This document shows positions 48,428-56,579 of a stretch of DNA of 64,000 nt, in pieces (position 1 is the stretch's first letter; every line of letters begins with the position of its first letter). The translations under genes and the position numbers were made by a program. This stretch comes from a virus, in IMG/VR virus record IMGVR_UViG_3300027706_000007, positions 1-64,000 of that record; one strand, given 5' to 3'. Under the pieces are notes generated by a model. It was not told the DNA's origin, searched no databases, and saw nothing but the letters and a program-made list of their open reading frames with translations.

Positions 48428-49115
48428 CAGGTTCTTCTTTTTTCACATAAACCACCTCAAATAAATCTGTGTTTTGTATCGGCGCGTAAGAACGGACTTC
48501 AATTGTAGGAGACCTCAATAAATTATTAAGTGCCTCTTTAGATACGCGTCGAGTTAATTTTTTTGATTTTCTCGCAGCCTCGCGAGAACTATGCGCTTCA
48601 TTTATATGTTTTGCAAAATCATCCAACAGTTTATTAGCTTCTTTCATATCCTGTCTCCCTATCGCGGCTTCAATTACCTGCTGAAAATTTGCGCACGTTG
48701 GACAGTCCTCTTCCCATAATCTATAAACTCCCATGTCAGGAGTTCCATATATCGCATTTTCATCTCCTGTCGGTTTAGTCGGTGGATTATATTGCGCCAA
48801 AAAAGATAGTATATCATCTAAGAATGCTGAGACTTCTTCATATAAAGTATTACGTTGACTCCATTGAGTACTTGGGCCAGCCGAAACTGGCTGGTGTGTA
48901 TCTTGTACAACAGTGACTGGCTGTGTTGGTTCTGGTTTTTGTAATTCTCCATATTCTTCAGGTTTCTTATCGTCGTAGTATGCTTGCTCGACCCCGCGCA
49001 GTTCTTCTACAACGGATTGCGGTTCCATTTCTTTCTTCTGCGTCTTTTCTTTGGGCGCAGCTATCTGTTCCAGTTCCATTATGAGGTTCCCGAGTTCTGC
49101 GATGATGTCAGCCAT
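48405..49115 (-). CDS. Acidic modular protein (putative head-associated)
   Basis: CPTC...H..H module; C-terminal domain paralogous to ORF 20796. Confidence 0.55.
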   Translation of the reverse strand: MADIIAELGNLIMELEQIAAPKEKTQKKEMEPQSVVEELRGVEQAYYDDKKPEEYGELQKPEPTQPVTVVQDTHQPVSAGPSTQWSQRNTLYEEVSAFLDDILSFLAQYNPPTKPTGDENAIYGTPDMGVYRLWEEDCPTCANFQQVIEAAIGRQDMKEANKLLDDFAKHINEAHSSREAARKSKKLTRRVSKEALNNLLRSPTIEVRSYAPIQNTDLFEVVYVKKEEPDAYHVGE

Positions 49116-49203
49116 ATATTAATAAAAAATTGAAACCTATATTTAAATTTATAGGGGCGAAAGTAGCGATGGGTTTAAAAATACAAACCTCGGAGTTCTG
49201 CCG

Positions 49204-50598
49204 TTGATACCCATTAATAACATAATTTTTCCAAGCGTTTCATTCGAAGTAGTTGATTTGCTTTACACGCCCGCACATTTAGATAACGAAGGACGAACAA
49301 ATATAGGCAATTCTTTTTATGCTATATATCCGCGCCGAGAATCTACTATATATTATATAGTCGATTTAGCTAAGAGCATACATGCTAATAAACATGAATT
49401 AACTATTGAACGTATTACGAGAGCAGAATTAGATACGCTTTTCAATGCGACAGACCAAACTATAATCTTAGCCAAAATAAAGCAACATGTGCGCGACCCA
49501 AAAATTAACACGTGGGAAGATTTAGCGTTATGGACATATAAAACAATTAAAAGCTTGCGTCCCGAAGGATTATACTACTTTTTTGATGTGGCAAATTGTG
49601 CGATTAAACCTGAATGGAACACTTTAGTAGATAGCGTAATAGCATATAAAGCAATAAAAGACCCAACTATATATTTGGTTCATAAAGCAACATTGCCACG
49701 TGGGTATGTGATGCATTATCAGCCACATAGCATAATTCTCGCGCCACTCAGTGTAGGTAAAACAAGTTTCGCGAAACAGCTAGGATTATGGTATGAAAGA
49801 GTCACAGCCAATGCACTCAGCGCTACAGCACGTTGGAAAGATGATGTTTCATATGGCCCATTTAACGACCAATATTACGCGCTAACAATTGAGCAAATCG
49901 AATCACAAAATATCGAAAACGCGCTCGGTCGTTTAATTAACTTTCTAGATGAAGGTGTGGGACATACTCGCGCAGGTGGAACACAAATAAGTTATCGGGG
50001 AGCGGCTCCTTTAATCATAACGGGGAACGGGCCGGTAAACGCGCCACGTAGTAAAAAACTCAGCCGCTTTCGAGAATTACTCGTGCCATATCTAGTTTAT
50101 AATAATACACACGCGCTCGGAAAGCGGTTTGGAATAATTGCCTACGGTGAATACCAACGAATTAAATCCATACTTGAAAATAATGTACCGGTTGCATATA
50201 ATCAAACCGAACAAACAGACCTTTTTAAAATCTTTCGCGCGGTAGAAGAAGAAGGAGACGCGTGGCTGCACAAGTTTTGGAACGATGAAGCTATATTGAA
50301 TTTCATAATGAATGCGAAAGTCTATACAGACGAAGATAAAAAAGTGGTAGAAAGTTGTGAATTTCCTGAGGTTCGAGATTTCTGGCTCGGTCATATGAAT
50401 GAGGCTTATTATCACATTGCAGGTGCCGCTCTAAATTGTGCTGTCGTGGATTGTTTACCACTTTTTGCCGCGCTAACCAACCACGTTCCCGCGCTAACTT
50501 ATGAGATTGTACGAGATAAGATATTTTCTCTGGCGACCGATTATTTGCAAAAAATCAAAGAAATAAATATCAATAGCTTGAAATACATGTTATCTTAA
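49204..50598 (+). CDS. Divergent MCM-like AAA+ helicase
   Basis: HSIILAPLSVGKTS, TANALSAT, GPF...LTIEQIE (deviant Walker B), IITGN and KRFG. Confidence 0.55.
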   Translation: MIPINNIIFPSVSFEVVDLLYTPAHLDNEGRTNIGNSFYAIYPRRESTIYYIVDLAKSIHANKHELTIERITRAELDTLFNATDQTIILAKIKQHVRDPKINTWEDLALWTYKTIKSLRPEGLYYFFDVANCAIKPEWNTLVDSVIAYKAIKDPTIYLVHKATLPRGYVMHYQPHSIILAPLSVGKTSFAKQLGLWYERVTANALSATARWKDDVSYGPFNDQYYALTIEQIESQNIENALGRLINFLDEGVGHTRAGGTQISYRGAAPLIITGNGPVNAPRSKKLSRFRELLVPYLVYNNTHALGKRFGIIAYGEYQRIKSILENNVPVAYNQTEQTDLFKIFRAVEEEGDAWLHKFWNDEAILNFIMNAKVYTDEDKKVVESCEFPEVRDFWLGHMNEAYYHIAGAALNCAVVDCLPLFAALTNHVPALTYEIVRDKIFSLATDYLQKIKEININSLKYMLS

Positions 50599-50641
50599 AA
50601 TAGAGAAAGATTTTTATATACCCCATCTTTCAGCAAATACA

Positions 50642-50953
50642 ATGCGAAAACTCCGAGTCGTAATTTTAGACCCCAAAAAGGTTGTCATTGAAGAAGAATC
50701 TGAAGAGAATAAATCCGTGCCAACACCTCCCGCTGACGCAACACCGCCAAACAATCCTAATGCTCCTTCAATTGGTACTTATCTTTATCCTACCCCGAGT
50801 ATATGGTATGACGCAACTAATGCTGCAACATGGAACAATATGTGCGTTTTTACGGTAGGTAGCGGTGCCGGAAGTACTCCAATGGTAACTTTTAATACTA
50901 TCCCCCTTCCCGCAACAAACACAATCCAGCTTTCTTATTCCTATAGTTATTAA
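50642..50953 (+). CDS. Hypothetical protein
   Basis: Own TATA box. Confidence 0.5.
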   Translation: MRKLRVVILDPKKVVIEEESEENKSVPTPPADATPPNNPNAPSIGTYLYPTPSIWYDATNAATWNNMCVFTVGSGAGSTPMVTFNTIPLPATNTIQLSYSYSY

Positions 50954-51001
50954 ATCAAAAGTCAGGCAACCTTTTAATATTTATTTTTCTATAGTCGATA
51001 T

Positions 51002-51694
51002 GTGAATAGCTCATTTCTTGAAATTGCTAACGCATACTGGTTGCGCGAATTTCGCGACACAAGTGGGTTACATTGTGTGCGCCCCGAGAATCCGACGTAT
51101 GAAATTTTTGCGCAAAATCAATTTGACTTTCTAAAGTTTATACATTACAACATAGTAACGGGGGGGCATATTTTCGCAGGATTTTACACTGAACGTGAAC
51201 GCAAGACAGGAATTGTGCCGTCGATTTTTTTAGATATAGATGTTGCTGAAAGAGAAGCACCCGAGTCAATTTGGGAAAATCTGCAACTCGCCTTTCTGCC
51301 TATATTTTTCTCTAACACGGAAGTTTATTTCTCGGGGTCGAAAGGATTTCATTTTAGAATATATATCAGCCCGACACAATTCGAATTATTACGTAAGGAG
51401 CGCGAAAAAATGTATTTAGTGTTTTCTGCGTGGGTTCAACATTATGTAGATAAATCGACGTTTTTATCTCTCAAGCGTTTATATCGCGTACCTTTAACCG
51501 TGCATCCTAAAACGCAGTTATGGAAAATTCCGGTTACAAAAGATTTAAAGTGGAACGAGATTAAACAGATAGCTAATTCACCATATAGTTATGTTACATA
51601 CTTAGAAGAGCAATTTGCGCGTCCGATAAAACCTATTGATGTAAATATATTTACAAAAAATCCAGTCGATTTAGTGACACAGACTACACTTTAA
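51002..51694 (+). CDS. priS: Archaeo-eukaryotic primase catalytic subunit
   Basis: FLDID, FSGSKGFH, D...RLYRVPLTVHPKT. Confidence 0.88.
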   Translation: MNSSFLEIANAYWLREFRDTSGLHCVRPENPTYEIFAQNQFDFLKFIHYNIVTGGHIFAGFYTERERKTGIVPSIFLDIDVAEREAPESIWENLQLAFLPIFFSNTEVYFSGSKGFHFRIYISPTQFELLRKEREKMYLVFSAWVQHYVDKSTFLSLKRLYRVPLTVHPKTQLWKIPVTKDLKWNEIKQIANSPYSYVTYLEEQFARPIKPIDVNIFTKNPVDLVTQTTL

Positions 51695-51697
51695 AGC

Positions 51698-51952
51698 TTA
51701 GCCATAAAAAGCGTTTCGTTTTTGTTTACTGAACATTTTCCGCAGTTGGTCTTGCATCATTGTATCTAAATCTCGCGCCAAATCATCATCGTTGGTGGTA
51801 TACGTGACTACAACATGCACAACAGTATTTTCATCGGTCTCCGGCCCTATAAGTCGTTTATATTTCTTATCTCTTTCATCATCGGCACACTTTGCGCATA
51901 GTCCATGCTCATCTACTCGCTTCGTTTCCAGCTTGCAACTTTGACATTGCAT
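51698..51952 (-). CDS. Zn-finger protein
   Basis: CQSC...CAKC; SD aaggag upstream. Confidence 0.55.
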   Translation of the reverse strand: MQCQSCKLETKRVDEHGLCAKCADDERDKKYKRLIGPETDENTVVHVVVTYTTNDDDLARDLDTMMQDQLRKMFSKQKRNAFYG

Positions 51953-51980
51953 GATATCCTAGAATAAATTATCTCCTTAT

Positions 51981-52283
51981 TTAAGCCTTTCTCCATTTAA
52001 AAATAACTTTCTCCGCGGATACATCAAGCAAAGTCTCAGGCGCAGAACAATGAGGACATTTTCCAGTGAAATGCGTGCGACATACACAGTGCGCAAAACC
52101 GCATTTTGGACATATATGTAATAGAAGATGATGTATTTTTTTCTCTCTAGTTTCTTCGACTTCTGTTTTAACTTGGCGCAATTCTGTAAAGCAGCGCGGA
52201 CAAAATCCGCGAAAATGCTGAGAACAAACGCAGTGAGCCATCCCACAATCGGGACAAACGCGTAATAGTAATTTATGGGACAT
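51981..52283 (-). CDS. Protein with two tandem Cys/His-rich Zn-binding repeats
   Basis: CPxCGxAHCVCxxHFxGxCPxC occurs twice; start ATG 52283. Confidence 0.7.
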   Translation of the reverse strand: MSHKLLLRVCPDCGMAHCVCSQHFRGFCPRCFTELRQVKTEVEETREKKIHHLLLHICPKCGFAHCVCRTHFTGKCPHCSAPETLLDVSAEKVIFKWRKA

Positions 52284-52330
52284 GGCTCGCGCTTCTATGA
52301 TGTTTATATAAAAATATATCTTCATTTTAA

Positions 52331-52564
52331 TTGCGAAATATTTTTAAGGAGCGCGTATTAACTTACTATATAATGAGTTTCGATTTACGGAATATTTACT
52401 GTTCAAACTGCGGGCATCCTCTTTCTGCACATATTGTGTCGAAAGATAGCCAATGGATAAAAACTAGCGGGAAATATATTTTATTGGGAGAGCATGTTAG
52501 TTGCGCCGAATGTTTAAATCAGGAACAACCGAATTTTTGTAACAAAATTGTGATACAAACATAA
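52331..52564 (+). CDS. Small Zn-binding protein
   Basis: CSNCGH...H...CAEC...C. Confidence 0.55.
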   Translation: MRNIFKERVLTYYIMSFDLRNIYCSNCGHPLSAHIVSKDSQWIKTSGKYILLGEHVSCAECLNQEQPNFCNKIVIQT

Positions 52565-53062
52565 TTATAACAATTTACTTATAGATACAAGATAAAATTT
52601 CTTTAACACATTAAAATAATTTTTTGAAAAGCACTCGAAGCAAACGGGGCCATTATCATAATGCGCCCCGTTAAAATATGTTCCATGGGATGAAACCTTC
52701 TTCTTTTTATCCACTTTCTTCTCTTTCTTAACAAAAACGCCTCTCACAAATTCGTCACAAATGTTGCATCTAAATACAAATCCAGTATCCAAATCATCTA
52801 CTATTCGTACAAATAACCAATCATCAATAACATTAATAACCTTTACATAAGAAATATTATCGAACAAATCGAAATATTTTACTATTGCCACATTATACAA
52901 TCTCTCATCCATAATTCTAGTTATAAAAGGTAATATCACTTTTAGCTCTTTTTTTCTTTCTTTTATTTCTTTTCTCCTTCCAAGATATTCTGCTAATGAT
53001 GGCCACCTATTAACTATGCCAGAAGTAAAAGACGCGTAAAACTTTTGGGGGCTTCTTTTCAA
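52565..53062 (-). CDS. Hypothetical Zn-binding protein
   Basis: CNIC...CFEC. Confidence 0.5.
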   Translation of the reverse strand: MKRSPQKFYASFTSGIVNRWPSLAEYLGRRKEIKERKKELKVILPFITRIMDERLYNVAIVKYFDLFDNISYVKVINVIDDWLFVRIVDDLDTGFVFRCNICDEFVRGVFVKKEKKVDKKKKVSSHGTYFNGAHYDNGPVCFECFSKNYFNVLKKFYLVSISKLL

Positions 53063-53126
53063 TGCGCCAGTAACACTAAATCCTCTTCTTTAGAAGCAAT
53101 TATAAAAAAGTTTCTTAAATTCCAAT

Positions 53127-53351
53127 ATGGACAACAAAACATTTTTAAATAGGAATCTGGTAATAATGTCAGTTAAGGTCAGTTCGAACATGAGCAAGAA
53201 AAATCCAACCAAATTTAAGGAAGAGCTAGAAAAATTGGGCATCCATGAGGAAATCTTTAGCGCCACATTAGCTCTATCACCAACTAGAAAAATCACAGTT
53301 GGATATCCACAAGAAAAAATTAACACCATATCGGTACAACAGAACTGGTAA
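53127..53351 (+). CDS. Hypothetical protein
   Basis: Short ORF; the start is uncertain. Confidence 0.35.
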   Translation: MDNKTFLNRNLVIMSVKVSSNMSKKNPTKFKEELEKLGIHEEIFSATLALSPTRKITVGYPQEKINTISVQQNW

Positions 53352-53416
53352 TCTTCCTGTTGAATTCTACAGTTTTATTTTAAAAGTTTAAATATTATTT
53401 TGTTAAAATCTTTCTT

Positions 53417-53872
53417 ATGTCCGCGCCAGTCTATGAATTTATGTATCCACTAATGGATGGAGGTGCACTTCACGTGTACTATCCCATGGGCGAAACTGAA
53501 GAGGTTAAAATAAATGATATGACTGAACGTGAGGTAGATTTACTGCGTAAAGATTTGGAGCGTAAAATAGATAACCGACTCGCAACTGTTTATCATGTTG
53601 ATAATGAAGCCCTCCGACAGAGTTTACTCGATACAATCTACGATGAGTACCCTGAGTTACCCAAAGGCGTTTCGCGTAAAAAATTTAGAACTTTACAGGA
53701 ATATCTTTCGCGAGATACTACTATATTAGATTGGCTCAGCGATTTAAGACTCTTAAATACTATTAGTGATGTTTTCGATGAACTCGACAGCTATTCACTA
53801 GAAGATTTGAAAGAATCATTTAATGTAACTTCAGGAGAACCTGAAATAGATGAACTCGCAGAAGAATTTTAG
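53417..53872 (+). CDS. Acidic hypothetical protein
   Basis: TATA tttaaata upstream. Confidence 0.55.
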   Translation: MSAPVYEFMYPLMDGGALHVYYPMGETEEVKINDMTEREVDLLRKDLERKIDNRLATVYHVDNEALRQSLLDTIYDEYPELPKGVSRKKFRTLQEYLSRDTTILDWLSDLRLLNTISDVFDELDSYSLEDLKESFNVTSGEPEIDELAEEF

Positions 53873-55011
53873 CGCGGTATAATTCTAATTGTATCTTTAC
53901 TTTTGAAATAAATAGATTTAGAGATTGGTGTGTTTTCGTCTATATCTCCATCGACATAATTCATGTTGTCTAAGTTCATTCTAATATTATCGACTATTTC
54001 ATCCAGCGATTGCGATTGTAAGAATTCGCGCATATTGCGCCGTACAAATGGGCTGGAGTAAACCACGCCACCATGTTCTTTGAACATGAAAGATAAGCGC
54101 GCTATAATATCTGCCAACGTGAAAGATGCAGGAATGAAAAATGTAAATGGTAAATTCCAAACATACAACTTATAAAGTTTTGAAGAAAGAGGCAAATGAA
54201 ATTGTATATCATCACCATGTATTATGAACTGAAACCCCAGTTGAGCCTCTTGCCACATTAATTTAATTAATTTACGATTTAATACCTTTCTACGTATAAA
54301 TAATATATGTTTAGGTGTTCCGCTACATAAAAATATGTCGTTTGACATTATTTTAGGATTAGAAATTTTATCTTCGATATCCGTGTTAAAAAGATTGTTG
54401 CATGCGTTACATCTCACATCCAATGCCCCCCCGTTACTATCCGTACCTACTTCGGGCATCAAATATATTCCAGTTGCAAAAACTTCATCAAATTGTGTTC
54501 GCACATTTAATTGTAAAGCCTCTAACAATTTTCCAGAGTCGTCGCGGCGTAAACGTGCGGCAGGATAAACTAGAAAATCTAGAGGAAAAAAAAGCTGGGC
54601 AAACGTTTGTAATGTGAGGGGCACCTGCGCGACGGAGGGAATCACGTGCGGAGTTAGAAGTATCTTTTTCTGGATTCCTTTCTCAATAATTTTATTGATA
54701 TTTTCATTCGTAATTGCGCGAGTAGTAATATACTGTTCGCGGTTTTTAATATTATGTTCATTAATATTAGCCGCTAGTAAATTGCCCATATGTTTTAAGT
54801 GGAAAGAGACTGCCTGCGATATAATATCGTCCCAGAATTTTAAAATATCTTGGTCTATCTTCTCCTCGCCGCGCAATAATCGTAATAATGTTTTCATTTC
54901 AGCGAGCCTAGAAAAATTCTCGACCACATTTCCATTTGCCAACAAATTCAATAGTACATCATATTGTTCGCTTGTAAAGGTTTGTTTTTTTGGGGGCGAG
55001 TCTCCCATCAA
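53869..55011 (-). CDS. Hypothetical protein with Zn ribbon
   Basis: 380-aa ORF; CNAC...C...H. Confidence 0.6.
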   Translation of the reverse strand: MMGDSPPKKQTFTSEQYDVLLNLLANGNVVENFSRLAEMKTLLRLLRGEEKIDQDILKFWDDIISQAVSFHLKHMGNLLAANINEHNIKNREQYITTRAITNENINKIIEKGIQKKILLTPHVIPSVAQVPLTLQTFAQLFFPLDFLVYPAARLRRDDSGKLLEALQLNVRTQFDEVFATGIYLMPEVGTDSNGGALDVRCNACNNLFNTDIEDKISNPKIMSNDIFLCSGTPKHILFIRRKVLNRKLIKLMWQEAQLGFQFIIHGDDIQFHLPLSSKLYKLYVWNLPFTFFIPASFTLADIIARLSFMFKEHGGVVYSSPFVRRNMREFLQSQSLDEIVDNIRMNLDNMNYVDGDIDENTPISKSIYFKSKDTIRIIPR

Positions 55012-55301
55012 GCAACACCTGCATATTCCACTATTTTCTTTTTCGCTTTTCGCGCCATCAGTTTCCGTTTAGCTTCTTCGATAGCTGCTCGTAATTCGTC
55101 ATCCGTTAAACTGCGCATGTAAGAATAAAATTCATCCGCGTTCTGTGTACCCCAAATATTACACATTTCAGATACAATATTATGTGCATCTAAACCAAGC
55201 CAAATCTTTAGACGCCGCTGAATCTCTCGTGCTTTACCCCAGCACGAATGAGAATCCTTATCGTAGTTGCGTCCAATCACATTTCCTTCATCTTCTGACA
55301 T
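55008..55301 (-). CDS. Hypothetical protein
   Basis: Overlaps the start of the next gene. Confidence 0.5.
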   Translation of the reverse strand: MSEDEGNVIGRNYDKDSHSCWGKAREIQRRLKIWLGLDAHNIVSEMCNIWGTQNADEFYSYMRSLTDDELRAAIEEAKRKLMARKAKKKIVEYAGVA

Positions 55302-55397
55302 TTATGCTCTATTTAATTAGAATAATCGTATTTAAACTTTGTTTCCATTCTTTATTCACAGAAAACTTTAAATGTAAAAAAGCTGACAAAGTAAAGT

Positions 55398-55760
55398 ATG
55401 CGAATCTTCAAAAAATCCGATGCGCTAAAAGAAAAACATGTAAAAGGTTTACCACCTAAATGGCTTCTTGCACTGGACTCACATATAGCGTGGGGAGCCG
55501 CGATTCCAGTTATATTTGCTCTCAGTTATTATGTACATTTATACGGGCTTGCTGCTTTACAGCTATTCTCGCTTGGAGCCGTAGTCATTCTGAGTGTAGA
55601 TTTGATTAAAGAAGTTATCTTAGACCCGTATTTCGAAGGGGAACCTTTCTTTTTCGACGGGTTAGTTGATTGGTTAGAATATTGGGCTGGTATAGGTTTA
55701 TCGTTGTTTTTACTATTCGTACTCGCAAACTATATTATTCCTTTTTTCTTTAAAATATAA
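55398..55760 (+). CDS. Membrane protein
   Basis: Three TM helices; H...KE..D motif. Confidence 0.55.
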   Translation: MRIFKKSDALKEKHVKGLPPKWLLALDSHIAWGAAIPVIFALSYYVHLYGLAALQLFSLGAVVILSVDLIKEVILDPYFEGEPFFFDGLVDWLEYWAGIGLSLFLLFVLANYIIPFFFKI

Positions 55761-55795
55761 CAAGCTTTATATACAGATACTTCCAATTTAATAAC

Positions 55796-55966
55796 GTGGC
55801 TCAATATTATATACCATATCGAAAAACAACAGGTTTAGCACGTTGTAGTTGTCCCTATTGTGAGCACGTTTTTATTGACGAATGTAAAAATGAAACCTGT
55901 CTGTGCGAACTTGTAGATAATTTAATCTATCATAATGAAAGAAAACATACAGCCCGTAAAAAATAG
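55796..55966 (+). CDS. Small Cys-rich protein (56 aa, not in ORF track)
   Basis: GTG start after TATA; CSCPYCEH...C....CLC. Confidence 0.5.
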   Translation: MAQYYIPYRKTTGLARCSCPYCEHVFIDECKNETCLCELVDNLIYHNERKHTARKK

Positions 55967-56047
55967 TTCGCCATATTTTATTACTGTTCGCTCTCGGCGA
56001 ACAAAAATTTCAGAAACCCTTAAATAAAATAACTTTGTAGCAGATTC

Positions 56048-56118
56048 GCGGACAGGGGACAAAGACAGGGGGTGCCTCGGCGCCCCGCAACCGGTGCTGT
56101 TCTTTGTTCTCTGCCTGC
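56048..56118 (+). ncRNA. Candidate small structured RNA (~71 nt)
   Basis: GC-rich intergenic island 21 nt after BRE/TATA gaaacccttaaata; ~21-bp outer stem with G-U pairs and an inner 7-bp hairpin. Confidence 0.55.
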
Positions 56119-56165
56119 TTAAATTATCAACAAAGTTTAAATAAATAGGAAACTACTTTTAGAAC

Positions 56166-56579
56166 ATGGAATTGGCTGATTTTTTGCGGCGTTTCAATAT
56201 CCAAAACTGGGAAACGAAACACGTAACGGAAAATAGAATAGAAAGTAGCGTAAAAACTAATGGCTATGAGTACATTGAACGATTGCTATCGACTCCAGTA
56301 AGTGATGGTAGACACCGCATAATTTGGCTAATCCTTACTCCATACTTAATTAATGTAAAAAAATTATCTGAAGAAGACGCATCCATGTTAATAATGAAAT
56401 ATATAGACAAGTGTAACGAATTAACTAATACGAATGCGATTGACCGCTTACAATATTATATTCAATACGCAACTGTAACAGGATTAATGCCACCTAAACT
56501 CGTGACTTTGCAACAAACGGAGCCTGATTTATATAATATAATAACTAAAGCCATCGGTGAAACACAGCATGCAGATTGA
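56166..56579 (+). CDS. priX: Primase non-catalytic subunit PriX-like
   Basis: YIERLLSTPVSDGRHRIIWLILTPYLINVKKLSEEDA...YIDKC. Confidence 0.8.
   Translation: MELADFLRRFNIQNWETKHVTENRIESSVKTNGYEYIERLLSTPVSDGRHRIIWLILTPYLINVKKLSEEDASMLIMKYIDKCNELTNTNAIDRLQYYIQYATVTGLMPPKLVTLQQTEPDLYNIITKAIGETQHAD

Noticed and set aside
56048-56118. tRNA or intrinsic terminator
   Set aside because: No D, anticodon or TpsiC arm pattern and no CCA; no long U-tract; it follows its own promoter.
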